Source: a virus (Duplodnaviria; Caudoviricetes). From it: a stretch of 37,370 nt of DNA. The notes under the pieces are model-generated. The model made no database searches. It had not been told where the DNA came from and was given only the letters and a program-made list of their open reading frames with translations. This document shows, piece by piece, positions 6,904-16,112 of this stretch; the stretch's first letter is position 1; each line of letters opens with the position of its first letter. Made by a program: the position numbers and the translations under genes. The stretch covers positions 1-37,370 of IMG/VR virus record IMGVR_UViG_3300044580_000538, one strand, 5' to 3'.

Positions 6904-8031
6904 ATGAGCATTTATCGTCGTGGTAACGTGTGGTGGGCACACGTCCGGGTTTCGGGCAAGCCTCGGGTCCGGGTGTCCCTAAACACCATGGACCGTGACG
7001 AGGCCGAGCGCCGGGAGCAAGAGCTGCGCTTGAAGCTGGTAAACGGCTCGGCGCGGCGTATCCGGGGTCTTGATGCCCCGCCTCTGGAGCAAGCGCTCCA
7101 TAAGTTCATAGAGGAGCGCTATGAGGGGGACTCCCGAGCCACAGCCAGGTCGCAGGGCTTGTCTCTCATCGCGATCCTTGGGCCGGATATAAGGCTCAAT
7201 CAGATTGACGAGGCCCACCTGGACGCCCTCGTCCGGGCCCTCAAGGCCAACGGCAACACCAACGCGACCATTAACCGCAAGCTCTCCCTGCTGCAGGCCC
7301 TGCTCAAGGAGGCCTGCTATCGCTGGAAGGTCATCCACGCCATACCTCGGTTCCAAAGGCTCAAGGAGCCTCGGGGCCGCATCAGGGTCATCGAGCCGCA
7401 CGAGGAGCAGACATTGGACACCCTGCTCCGCGAGCGGGGCGAAGAGGACATGGCCGATTTGGTCATGTTCCTGATCGACACGGGGTGTAGGCTTGGGGAG
7501 GCCCTGCGCTTGCGCTGGAGAGACATCAACTGGGCGCAAGAGGCGGGCTTCGTTTGGAAGACGAAAACTGACGCGCCTCGTGTGGTGGTCCTCACGAAGC
7601 GTGTCCTGAGCATGTTGCGGACCCGGCAGGGTCGGGGCCTTGAGAGCCCCTTCGCAGGGCTCTCTAAGAACCACATCTCTTATGTCTGGGCGAGGGCCCG
7701 GAGGGAGATGGGCCTCGTGGACGACACCGAGTTTACCGTCCACGCCCTGCGCCACACCTGCGCCACCCGGCTCGTCAACGCCGGCGTGCCGCTCTACACC
7801 GTGCAGCGGCTGCTAGGCCACAGCACCATCAAGGTAACCGAGCGATACGCTCACCTTGCCCCCGCCGCACTACGAGAGGCCCAGACCGTCCTCAACGGTC
7901 TGAACCAGGCCTCGGTACAGGCCCATCAGAACCATCCTTCCCTCCTGGATAGCCCCGCAGGCCCAAACGACGGGAGTATCCCCTATGGGGAGAGGCCCGC
8001 TTCCGCCGACACCGACCACAGTAAACCTTAA
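6904..8031 (+). CDS. int: Tyrosine integrase (Int2), upstream of RNAP
   Basis: ATG 6904 after AAGGAGG. N-terminal arm-binding-like strand MSIYRRGNVWW; complete catalytic set DTGCRLGE (R), KTKT (K), HALRHT, LLGHS, TERYAH (Y). Confidence 0.95.
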   Translation: MSIYRRGNVWWAHVRVSGKPRVRVSLNTMDRDEAERREQELRLKLVNGSARRIRGLDAPPLEQALHKFIEERYEGDSRATARSQGLSLIAILGPDIRLNQIDEAHLDALVRALKANGNTNATINRKLSLLQALLKEACYRWKVIHAIPRFQRLKEPRGRIRVIEPHEEQTLDTLLRERGEEDMADLVMFLIDTGCRLGEALRLRWRDINWAQEAGFVWKTKTDAPRVVVLTKRVLSMLRTRQGRGLESPFAGLSKNHISYVWARARREMGLVDDTEFTVHALRHTCATRLVNAGVPLYTVQRLLGHSTIKVTERYAHLAPAALREAQTVLNGLNQASVQAHQNHPSLLDSPAGPNDGSIPYGERPASADTDHSKP

Positions 8032-8124
8032 TACCCATTGAGGGTTGCCTCACGGCCCGCTGCGGCCTGAGGTGTGCTCCTCGATCTTAGGCAAGCCCTC
8101 CGGCGCTCTTAGTGCGCCTCAGGG

Positions 8125-8185
8125 TGTGGCCTAGAAACTACCGCACTCCACGGCGGCTTAATGTGCGTCACAGTGTGTGACCTAA
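8125..8185 (+). promoter_or_regulatory. Two TGTGNCCTA(A/G) boxes between Int2 and RNAP (candidate arm sites/operators)
   Basis: TGTGGCCTAG 8125-8134 and TGTGACCTAA 8176-8185. Confidence 0.55.
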
Positions 8186-8211
8186 CAACTAAAGGAACGA
8201 AAGGAAGGGCA

Positions 8212-10643
8212 ATGACCATGACACTGACACGAGAGGAACTGGAGGCCCGTCAGCTGGCGCTGGAGGAGGACGCCCTAGGGATGGGCGCCGTCCGCTACGA
8301 GAGGAACCGCACCTACAGCGGGGAGGCGCTCATGCCTCCGGGGCAGTATCTATTGAAGCGCACAATTTACCCCGTGGCCGAGGCCATCAAGGAGTGGGTC
8401 GAGGCCTGTCAGGCTGGGAAGGCGCGGGACTACGCATCTATTGCCCGCCTCTTGAGTGGCATCCCGGCTGAGATTGTGGCCTACCTCACTGCCAAACAGT
8501 GCCTCCAGGCCGTGGAGGGCATGAGGTCGGTCACCAACGTGGCGATTAGTCTAAGCAGCCTCTTGATCGAGGAGATTAACCTGCGTGTATTCGCACGGTC
8601 AGGGCATGTGGGCTACCAGCAGCTACGCAAGATCCTCAAGGGCAGCCATCGTGTAGCAGGGCGTCGTAGGGCTATCCGGGCGAAGATGGCGTTCGCGGGG
8701 GTGGACCCGGTCAACTGGGGGCTCGACGTCAGGCTGCGTATGGGCCGGAAGCTCATCGAGATCTTCCGCAGTGTGACGGGGCTGGTGGAGGAGTACGAGG
8801 TCCGGCTCCCTGCAGCAAAGGGATATCGAGATGTGATACGGCTACGGGGCACTGAGCAGACCCTCGCGTGGCTCAAAGAGCACCACGAGCGCAACGCCTT
8901 ACTCTCTCCGATCTACCTACCGATGATCATGCCTCCCATCCCTTGGACCTCACCATTCAACGGCGGGTATCTGTCCATCAAGCTCAGGCTGATCAAGAGC
9001 AGGGACCGCAACTACCTTGAGGAGCTGCGCTGGTACGACATGCCCAAGGTATATGAGGCCATTAATCTGCTCCAGGCCGTACCGTGGAGGATCAACCGCA
9101 AGGTGTACGACGTGCTGGTAGCCACCTGGCGCACTGGCGGGTGCCTCGGTGGGCTTCCCCTCAGGAGGACCAGCCTACGCCGCCGGTCCCCCTGGATATC
9201 CGCGAGAGTCGCGAGGCCCTGCTCTCGTGGAAGCGGCAGGCGAAGCTCGTCCACCTCGCCAATACCCGGGCATGGTCTAAGCGCATGGCCCTCAACGTGC
9301 AGCTTTCCACAGCGGAGCGGTTTCTTGATGCCCCGGCCATCTACTTCCCCCACTCGATGGACTGGCGGGGGCGTTTGTACCCGGTCCCAGCCATCCTTAA
9401 CCCACAGGGCAGCGACGTGGCCAAGGGCCTCCTGCACTTTGCCGAGGGCAAGCCGCTCACCGAGCGCGGCGCCCGGTGGCTCAAGATCCACACGGCCAAC
9501 CTGTTCGGCGTCGATAAAGTGAGCCTGGATGCGCGGGTGGCGTGGGTTGACGCCCACCGTGAGGAGATCCTCGACAGCGCTGACAACCCCCTCGACGGGG
9601 GCCGCTTCTGGGACACGGCAGACGAGCCCTACCAGGCGCTGGCTGCGTGCCTCGAGCTTGCGGGGTACTGGAGAGAGGGCCCCGGCTTCGTGTCTCACCT
9701 ACCGATTGCCATGGACGGTTCCTGCAACGGCATCCAAAACTTCAGTGCAATGCTCAAGGACGAGGAGGGCGGCGCTGCGGTCAACCTCGTGCCGAGTGAT
9801 CGGCCACAGGACATCTATCAGCAGGTGGCAGACGTGGTGGCCCGGCAGTGTGCGATAGACGCGGCTGCTGGTGATGTCCGTGCTGCTGTGTGGGTAGGTA
9901 ACGTCACCCGACAGATAGTCAAGCGCCCAGTAATGACGCTCCCCTATGGTGCGACTGAGTTTGGGATGAGAGATCAGATCCTCGAGGAGCTGATCAAGCA
10001 ACATGAGGCCGGGACCTGCCCCATCTATAATGAGATGTGTGAGTATTATGCCCCCTCACGCTACATGGCACACACAGTCTACAAGGCCATCGGTCAGGTG
10101 GTCCGCGCTGCCAGGGAGGCCATGGACTGGCTCCAGGCGGTCGCGAAGCTGGCCGCCAAGGACGGGCTGCCCATCCAGTGGGTGACCCCTGCCGGGCTGC
10201 CGGTCCTGCAAGCCTATAGGGTGACGGTCGGGAAGCGTGTCCAGTGTTTAATCGATGGGCGGCGGGTAGTGAGCACCGTGCACCATACATCCACGGAGAT
10301 TGACACCCGTAAGCAGGCACAGGGGATAGCCCCCAACTACGTCCACAGCATGGACGCCTCCCACCTCATGCTCACCGTGTGCGAGGCCCATGCCCGGGGA
10401 GTCACCGCGTTCTCGATGGTGCACGACTCGTATGCCACACACGCAGCCGACGCCGACACACTGGCCGCAGCTCTGCGGGATACGTTCGTGCAGCAGTATC
10501 AAGAGCACGATGTCCTGGCTGTCTTCCGCGCCCAGCTGGCTGCCCAGTTGAAACCAGAGCTGGCTGCCCAGCTGCCTCCGGTTCCGGCAAGCGGTAATTT
10601 AGATTTACAGCTGGTGAAATCCTCAGTCTATTTCTTTGCTTAA
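8212..10643 (+). pseudogene. T7-type single-subunit RNA polymerase, frameshifted near 9157-9160 as sequenced
   Basis: N-terminal part in the frame of ORF 8161 (PMIMPPIPW...GGY, VYEAINLLQAVPWRINRKV). C-terminal part in the -1 frame (DWRGRLY, PIAMDGSCNGIQ, RQIVKRPVMTLPYG, APNYVHSMDASH, MVHDSY, terminal FFA). One extra C in CTTCCCCTCAG gives a single 810-aa ORF. Confidence 0.9.
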
Positions 10644-10650
10644 GGCGGGG

Positions 10651-10690
10651 TGTGACCTAAAACCCAGCCAAAGTACACATTAGAGGAAGA
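10651..10690 (+). promoter_or_regulatory. TGTGACCTAA box plus phage RNAP promoter for replication genes
   Basis: Box 10651-10660; CCAAAGTACACATTAGAGGAAGA 10668-10690, right after the RNAP gene. Confidence 0.8.
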
Positions 10691-10757
10691 AGAGGCGCCG
10701 GTCGTAGTGATCGGCGTCTTTCTGTCTCTATCAAACCCAGGAAGGGGGGACACAACA

Positions 10758-11027
10758 GTGACAAGAGATGATCTTTTCAAAGGCCCCGGTGACGAGGTTG
10801 TGAGGGGTGCCTATCGGGTGTTCTCAGGCATCCAGAGTTTACCTCCCGGACGTCAGGTTCAGGCGGTGGCGCTCGTCTTCGCCGCGCTCGTGGACATTCT
10901 CGAGATTAGACCGTGGGAGCTGATCGAGTCCATTCGGCGTGTCGTGGATGATGAGGCCGGGTTTGCCACAACAAAGGCGTTACAAGCATATATAGAGGAG
11001 GAGCTGAAACGTGAACATCGGGAATGA
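10758..11027 (+). CDS. Hypothetical helical protein
   Basis: GTG 10758 after GAAGGGGG; first gene behind the phage promoter. Confidence 0.7.
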   Translation: MTRDDLFKGPGDEVVRGAYRVFSGIQSLPPGRQVQAVALVFAALVDILEIRPWELIESIRRVVDDEAGFATTKALQAYIEEELKREHRE

Positions 11028-11172
11028 GCACGGCTATACACGGTATCGCGGTCTTATAGGTAAGGCTATCCGGCTACTTCACAACGGGGAGCAGCTGCCG
11101 CTGGACCTCACGGTGCTACTGCTCCGGGTTGGCGTGGATGTAGAGCGCCTGGAGAGACGCTATGGCACATGA
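11011..11172 (+). CDS. Small hypothetical protein (53 aa, not in ORF track)
   Basis: GAGGAGGAG RBS plus GTG. MNIGNEHGYTRYRGLIGKAIRLLHNGEQLPLDLTVLLLRVGVDVERLERRYGT fills the gap and overlaps both neighbours. Confidence 0.65.
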   Translation: MNIGNEHGYTRYRGLIGKAIRLLHNGEQLPLDLTVLLLRVGVDVERLERRYGT

Positions 11173-11380
11173 CATCCCACCGATCCCCGGATGCACCCGC
11201 TGTCTGTACTACACTGCAGCCCGACGTAACACCAGCTGGGTCGTGACCTGTGGGCACCCACACAAGAGGGCACTCGTTGTGTGTGTTGCAGACGGTAGCG
11301 TGACAAGATGCACCGGGTACAAGCCCACATATCTACAGCTCTCGGATGGCGAGACGCTGGATGGCCCCCAGAGCAAGTAA
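11162..11380 (+). CDS. Small Cys-rich hypothetical protein
   Basis: GGAG RBS; CTRC...CGHP...C...C. Confidence 0.6.
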   Translation: MAHDIPPIPGCTRCLYYTAARRNTSWVVTCGHPHKRALVVCVADGSVTRCTGYKPTYLQLSDGETLDGPQSK

Positions 11381-11404
11381 ACTAAAGAGCAGAGGAGAAC
11401 AACC

Positions 11405-12097
11405 GTGGCAGAAGCAAAGAAGAAACCCACCCTCAAGACCCCTACCGGCACAGCTGTCTATCCGTGGCTGGATACCCCCGACACCAAATATAAAGCAGAG
11501 GGAGAGTACCGGACGAAGCTGATTCTCCCCCTGGAGGCGGCTCGGGGGCTGATCGAGGAGATAGACCGTCAGGCAGAAGAGGCAGTGCGGGCGGCCAAGG
11601 CAGCCGTTGTGAAGACAGCCAGGAACAAGAAGGAAGAGAAGGCCCTTCTTGAGCGCTGTAAACCGGCGCCGGCCCCTTACAGGTTGATAGAGGACGATGA
11701 TGGTAATGAGACCGGCGAGGTTGAGCTGTCGTTCAAGACCAAGGCGCTGGTCAAACCGAAAAAGGGAGACCCCTTCCGGGTCAAGCCCGCAATGTTTGAT
11801 GCCAGGGGTAACGAGATCAAGCCCCCTCTGCCCCTGCGTGGTGGCAGCAAGATCAAGGTGGCATTCCAGATCATCCCCTTCTACACCGCTATGGTTGGTG
11901 CCGGCGTAACCCTGCGCCTACAGGCTGTGCAGGTAATAGAGGCGGTCACCACTGGTGGTGGCGGGTCCGCAGCCAGCTTCGGCTTCGAGGCTGAGGATGG
12001 GTACGAGTTTGATCCGAACGACGTCGCCGCAGCTGTTGAGGATGATGAGATCCCCGATGAGACCCTCCCGCTGGAGGACGGGGATGGCGATTTCTAA
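11405..12097 (+). CDS. ssb: Single-stranded DNA-binding protein (T7 gp2.5-like)
   Basis: TPTGTAVYPWLDTPDTKY, GGSKIKV, GVTLRLQAVQVIE; acidic tail ending in DF. Confidence 0.92.
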   Translation: MAEAKKKPTLKTPTGTAVYPWLDTPDTKYKAEGEYRTKLILPLEAARGLIEEIDRQAEEAVRAAKAAVVKTARNKKEEKALLERCKPAPAPYRLIEDDDGNETGEVELSFKTKALVKPKKGDPFRVKPAMFDARGNEIKPPLPLRGGSKIKVAFQIIPFYTAMVGAGVTLRLQAVQVIEAVTTGGGGSAASFGFEAEDGYEFDPNDVAAAVEDDEIPDETLPLEDGDGDF

Positions 12098-12533
12098 ACG
12101 CCCGCGCCGCTTAGACCCTAGAGCGAGGGCGCTCATTCACGGATACCGCTCGGGCTTTGAGGAGAGTACAGCAGCAGACCTCAAGGCCCGAGGAGTCGTC
12201 ACCGCCTATGAGTCGGTCACCATCGAGTATGAGCAGCCCGCCAAGACGCGGAGGTACACCCCGGATTTCCCGCTCCCCAACGGGATATACATAGAGACCA
12301 AGGGCCGGTTCGTGCCTGCGGACCGGCAGAAGCACCTAGACATCAAGAGGTCCCGTCCCGATTTGGACGTCAGGTTCGTGTTCTACAATCCAAATGCACG
12401 GCTTTACAAGGGCAGCCCCACCACTTACGCCATGTGGTGTGACAAACACGGCTTCCGGTGGGCCTCCAAGCGGGTGCCTGACGACTGGATCAACGAGCCA
12501 CCCAGACCTAAACCAAAGAGAAAAGGAGAATAA
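12084..12533 (+). CDS. Endonuclease I / Holliday junction resolvase (T7 gp3-like)
   Basis: GYRSGFEE, YTPDF, IETKGRF, LDVRFVF, TYAMWCDKHGF; ATG 12084 after GGAGG. Confidence 0.95.
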   Translation: MAISKRPRRLDPRARALIHGYRSGFEESTAADLKARGVVTAYESVTIEYEQPAKTRRYTPDFPLPNGIYIETKGRFVPADRQKHLDIKRSRPDLDVRFVFYNPNARLYKGSPTTYAMWCDKHGFRWASKRVPDDWINEPPRPKPKRKGE

Positions 12534-12534
12534 C

Positions 12535-12993
12535 ATGGCACATAAGTATATCGTCCACAAGGATATCTGCCTCACCGACGTCATCAACGCAGGGATCGAT
12601 ATAGCCCCAGCCACTGTCGTAGAGTGGCTCGAGGAGATGACCCACTTCGGGCCAGATGAGATTATCGACTGGCTCGATGACGTAGAGTTTCGTCGCTTTG
12701 CTCACCGCACCGGCCTGACGAACAAGCTGGTGTCCGCCGGCTTCATCAAGATTGTTGAGCCGGACGTCTCGGTTGGCACCTACTACCAGAGTGTGGGCTC
12801 AGGGGAGGTCTACCTCCTAGCACAGGTGGATGCCGGGAAGGTGGCGCTAATCAGTCTGGACACCGGCAACCGCTGGCGCGACCCGGTCAGAGTCAAGAAT
12901 GCCCATGCGATCACTGAGGCTGAGATGGCTAATATTAAGACCCACCTCATCCTCACGCGCCTCATCTCCGACCCCGTGATCAAGGTCGTGTAA
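12535..12993 (+). CDS. Hypothetical protein
   Basis: AAGGAG RBS, ATG 12535; fills the gap between endonuclease and amidase. Confidence 0.75.
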   Translation: MAHKYIVHKDICLTDVINAGIDIAPATVVEWLEEMTHFGPDEIIDWLDDVEFRRFAHRTGLTNKLVSAGFIKIVEPDVSVGTYYQSVGSGEVYLLAQVDAGKVALISLDTGNRWRDPVRVKNAHAITEAEMANIKTHLILTRLISDPVIKVV

Positions 12994-13003
12994 GGAGCAC
13001 CAC

Positions 13004-13486
13004 ATGAGGCTGAAACCAGAGCAAGTGGAATACCTCGTGGTCCACTGCAGCGCTACTACCCCCGATATGGACATCGGGGTAGCCGAGATCGACCGCTGGC
13101 ACCGGCAGAGGGGCTGGCTCAAGGTCGGTTACCACTATGTTATACGCCGGGACGGTACGGTGGAGACCGGGAGGCGCTTAGATGAGGTGGGTGCCCACGC
13201 GCAGGGCGTCAATGAGAAGTCAATCGGCATCTGTTTGGTCGGCGGGGCGCGGCGTGAGGGCCGCTCCCGCAAGCTGATCGATGATCCCAACTTCACCCCA
13301 GCACAGTGGGCGGCGCTGAAGACCCTTCTTACCACCCTGAAGGGCGCCTATCCCAAGGCTGTAGTCGTGGGACATCGTGACCTCACAGCCCGCAAAACCT
13401 GTCCCACTTTCGACGCCGGTCGTTGGTGGGCGGAAAACACAAGCAAGAAAGGAGAGACGAGAGATGAGCCACCTTCAGCAGCATGA
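13004..13486 (+). CDS. N-acetylmuramoyl-L-alanine amidase (T7 lysozyme gp3.5-like)
   Basis: VVHCSAT, GWLKVGYHYVIRRDGTVETGR, GAH, SIGICLVGG, GHRDL, KTCPTFD. Confidence 0.96.
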   Translation: MRLKPEQVEYLVVHCSATTPDMDIGVAEIDRWHRQRGWLKVGYHYVIRRDGTVETGRRLDEVGAHAQGVNEKSIGICLVGGARREGRSRKLIDDPNFTPAQWAALKTLLTTLKGAYPKAVVVGHRDLTARKTCPTFDAGRWWAENTSKKGETRDEPPSAA

Positions 13487-13727
13487 CATTAAACTCAGCC
13501 CGCAGCAAAAGGTGATCCTGAAGCACCTGAAGACATATCCGCACCTGACCACCCGCGAAGCCATGTTCGTCAAGGGCATCGGGCGGGTCGCCACCAGGGT
13601 CTTCGAGTTGAAGCGTAAGGGTATACCCATTGTTACGTCCATCGCAAAAGACCTCGCTGGGCGCAGGTATGCTCAGTACGCCCTGACCGAGGAGGGCCAC
13701 AAGATAGTTGGCATGTTGGGGATCTGA
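13464..13727 (+). CDS. Winged helix-turn-helix protein
   Basis: QQKVILKHLK...LTTREA...GIGRVATRVFELKRKGIPI...YAQYAL pattern; AAGGAG RBS. Confidence 0.75.
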   Translation: MSHLQQHDIKLSPQQKVILKHLKTYPHLTTREAMFVKGIGRVATRVFELKRKGIPIVTSIAKDLAGRRYAQYALTEEGHKIVGMLGI

Positions 13728-13728
13728 T

Positions 13729-15366
13729 ATGGACCCCCGCGCCGACGAGTTTATCGGCCACGAGGCATGTCCTCAGTGTGGGAGCAGGGATAACCTTGCT
13801 CGTTATGCTGATGGACATGCCCATTGTTTCTCTGAGGGGTGCTCTTACCACGAGCCGCCCACGGAAGAGAGGGCAACAGGCAAGGGAAAGAAGAAAAGAG
13901 GGCACGCAGCTGGTTTTCTGGCTGGTGAGCCCAAGGCGCTGAACCGTCGTCGCATCACAGAGGCTACCTGTGCCAAGTGGGGGTATCTGGTAGGCACCGC
14001 CCGTGACAAAAGCGGTGTCGAGCGCCCCGTGCAGATCGCGTGCTACCAGCGAGACGGCGAGGTCGTAGGTCAGAAGGTTCGCTTCCCCGACAAGGATTTC
14101 CTGTTCCTCGGAGACATCGAGAAGAGCGGTTTCTACGGGCAGCACCTGTGGCCCACGGGCGGGCGGATGCTGGTTGTCACCGAGGGGGAGATAGACGCCC
14201 TCACCGTCAGCCAGCTGCAGCACCACAAGTGGCCGGTAGTATCCATCCCCAACGGCACCAAGGGCGCAGCCAAGGTGTTTCGCAGGGAGATCCAGTGGCT
14301 GGAGAAATTTGAGACCGTCGTGTTGATGTACGACATGGACGAGCCCGGTCAGAGGGCAGCCAAGGAGTGCGCTCAGATCCTTTCCCCAGGAAAGGCGAGG
14401 ATCGCCCACCTCCCGATGAAGGACCCTAACGAGATGCTTGTGGCAGATCGCGGTCCTGAGGTCATCCAGGCGATGTGGAACGCCAAGGAGTATCGACCCG
14501 ACGGGATCATCGAGGGGAAGGCCACATGGGACATCTATCGCAACAAGCGTGATGTGCCCTGCATCCCGTATCCGTGGGCGTCGGTCAACGAGAAGACGCA
14601 CGGGATGCGGCTTGGTGAGATTGTCACCTTCACCGCCGGGAGTGGCATCGGCAAGTCAACTATATGCCGGGAGATAGCCCACTACCTAGTGCGGCGCGGG
14701 GAGAGGGTTGGCTACATCGCCTTAGAAGAGTCGGTCGGTAAGACCACAGAGGCCCTCATGAGCATCGAGTGCGACACCCCGCTCCACCTCGTCAAGGACA
14801 AGTTCACAGACACGGAGCTGTTTGACATCTGGTCCCGCGTCTTCGACAACGACCGCATCTACCTCTATGATCACTGGGGGTCTCTGGACACGGAGAACCT
14901 CCTTGTCCGGCTCAAGTGCCTCGCCAAGGGCTGCCGGTGTAGTTGGTTGTTCCTAGATCATGTGTCCATTGTGGTCTCTGGTATCGAGGACGGCGACGAG
15001 CGCCGGCTGATCGACAACCTCATGACCCGCCTCCGCTCCTTTGTGGAGGAGACCGGGGTTGGTCTGTTCCTCGTCTCCCATCTGAGGAGACCTGAGGGTA
15101 AGGGCCACGAGGAAGGCGGCAGGGTTACGCTCGGGCAGCTCAGGGGCTCTGGTGCCATTGCCCAGCTCAGCGACATCGCCATAGGTCTAGAGAGGAACCA
15201 GCAGGGTGAGGAGGATGATGACGTCTCCCACATCAGGGTCCTGAAGAACCGCTTCTCGGGCGAAACCGGCCTGTCAGGGTGCTTGGAATACAACCCCGAC
15301 ACCGGGAGGTTGAGTGACGCCGCAGACACCAACCCATTCACGCCACCAGCGAAAGGAGACTTCTAA
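13729..15366 (+). CDS. Primase-helicase (T7 gp4-like)
   Basis: CPQCGSRD...HCF Zn finger, VTEGEIDAL and DMD TOPRIM motifs, AGSGIGKST Walker A, LDHVSI, LRGSGAIAQLSD, KNRFSGETG. Confidence 0.97.
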   Translation: MDPRADEFIGHEACPQCGSRDNLARYADGHAHCFSEGCSYHEPPTEERATGKGKKKRGHAAGFLAGEPKALNRRRITEATCAKWGYLVGTARDKSGVERPVQIACYQRDGEVVGQKVRFPDKDFLFLGDIEKSGFYGQHLWPTGGRMLVVTEGEIDALTVSQLQHHKWPVVSIPNGTKGAAKVFRREIQWLEKFETVVLMYDMDEPGQRAAKECAQILSPGKARIAHLPMKDPNEMLVADRGPEVIQAMWNAKEYRPDGIIEGKATWDIYRNKRDVPCIPYPWASVNEKTHGMRLGEIVTFTAGSGIGKSTICREIAHYLVRRGERVGYIALEESVGKTTEALMSIECDTPLHLVKDKFTDTELFDIWSRVFDNDRIYLYDHWGSLDTENLLVRLKCLAKGCRCSWLFLDHVSIVVSGIEDGDERRLIDNLMTRLRSFVEETGVGLFLVSHLRRPEGKGHEEGGRVTLGQLRGSGAIAQLSDIAIGLERNQQGEEDDDVSHIRVLKNRFSGETGLSGCLEYNPDTGRLSDAADTNPFTPPAKGDF

Positions 15367-15368
15367 CA

Positions 15369-15749
15369 ATGAACACGTCTACGACGCGTGTAACAGAACA
15401 GCCCAAGGCAACCCACCTGGATGAGGGGAAGACCCGCCTGGACCTACTCCCGCCTCTTGCTCTCTATGCTGAGGCTGAGGTCTTCACTTACGGCGCGGGG
15501 AAGTATGACGAGTACAACTGGCTCACTGGTATCTTGTACATGAGGCTCATCGCCTCGACCCTACGCCACCTGCTTAAATGGGTGGCAGGCATCGAGTACG
15601 ACGCAGAGAGCGGGTTGCACCACATAGCGCACGCCCGGGCGAACCTCGGGATGCTGCTGGAGTTGATCATGCGGGGCCGGGAAGACCTTGACAATCGTCC
15701 GCCCGCAGCGCCCGCAGGGACGAACATCACCACCAGATACATCGCTTAA
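15369..15749 (+). CDS. DUF5664-like dATP/dGTP diphosphohydrolase domain protein
   Basis: DEGKTRLDLLP, FTYGAGKY..YNW..G, RHL, DAESGLHHIAHA. Confidence 0.82.
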   Translation: MNTSTTRVTEQPKATHLDEGKTRLDLLPPLALYAEAEVFTYGAGKYDEYNWLTGILYMRLIASTLRHLLKWVAGIEYDAESGLHHIAHARANLGMLLELIMRGREDLDNRPPAAPAGTNITTRYIA

Positions 15750-15758
15750 GGAGGCACA

Positions 15759-15953
15759 ATGGCTACGGATACGATTGAGTTGATTATGGCTGCCTGTGTG
15801 TTAGCAGGCGTGCTCGGGACTACTTGCAGCCCTGTTGCACAGCTCTACGTCAAGAGGATCATCAGGTCTGTCAGGATCTATGTCTCTGACTGTCTATACC
15901 GGCTGGGGGACTGGGTCCACACACTGGCCAACATGATCGACACGGATTGGTAA
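15759..15953 (+). CDS. Small hypothetical protein with hydrophobic N-terminus
   Basis: AAGGAGG RBS; 64 aa. Confidence 0.65.
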   Translation: MATDTIELIMAACVLAGVLGTTCSPVAQLYVKRIIRSVRIYVSDCLYRLGDWVHTLANMIDTDW

Positions 15954-15964
15954 AGGAGGGCTCA

Positions 15965-16108
15965 ATGAGCATGGCTTTACGCAGTTATAAGGGCGAAGAG
16001 CAGGAGGCCGTTGTGAAGCGGCGCCTGAAGGCCAGGACCCGGGGGCTGGGATACCTAGCAGCCAGGGCCGCAAAGCGGCGCCCCCGGGCTGAATCGAAGG
16101 AGGGGTGA
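15965..16108 (+). CDS. Small basic hypothetical protein (47 aa, not in ORF track)
   Basis: AAGGAGG RBS; MSMALRSYKGEEQEAVVKRRLKARTRGLGYLAARAAKRRPRAESKEG fills the gap before the polymerase. Confidence 0.6.
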   Translation: MSMALRSYKGEEQEAVVKRRLKARTRGLGYLAARAAKRRPRAESKEG

Positions 16109-16112
16109 GCCG

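Noticed and set aside
3753-8211. tRNA gene or tRNA-derived attP core
   Set aside because: No T-arm (GTTCRANNC) or cloverleaf found by eye in the intergenic regions; tRNAscan-SE/ARAGORN would settle it.
9084-10643. Genuine two-subunit RNAP (N4 RNAPII-like) from ORFs 8161-9522 and 9084-10643
   Set aside because: The 440-bp overlap is non-homologous in one frame on each side of about 9160, and the second ORF has no convincing RBS/start at the switch point; a single indel explains it.
15369-15749. 2-aminoadenine (Z) genome pathway
   Set aside because: No PurZ or DatZ-like gene seen; this domain alone is not diagnostic.
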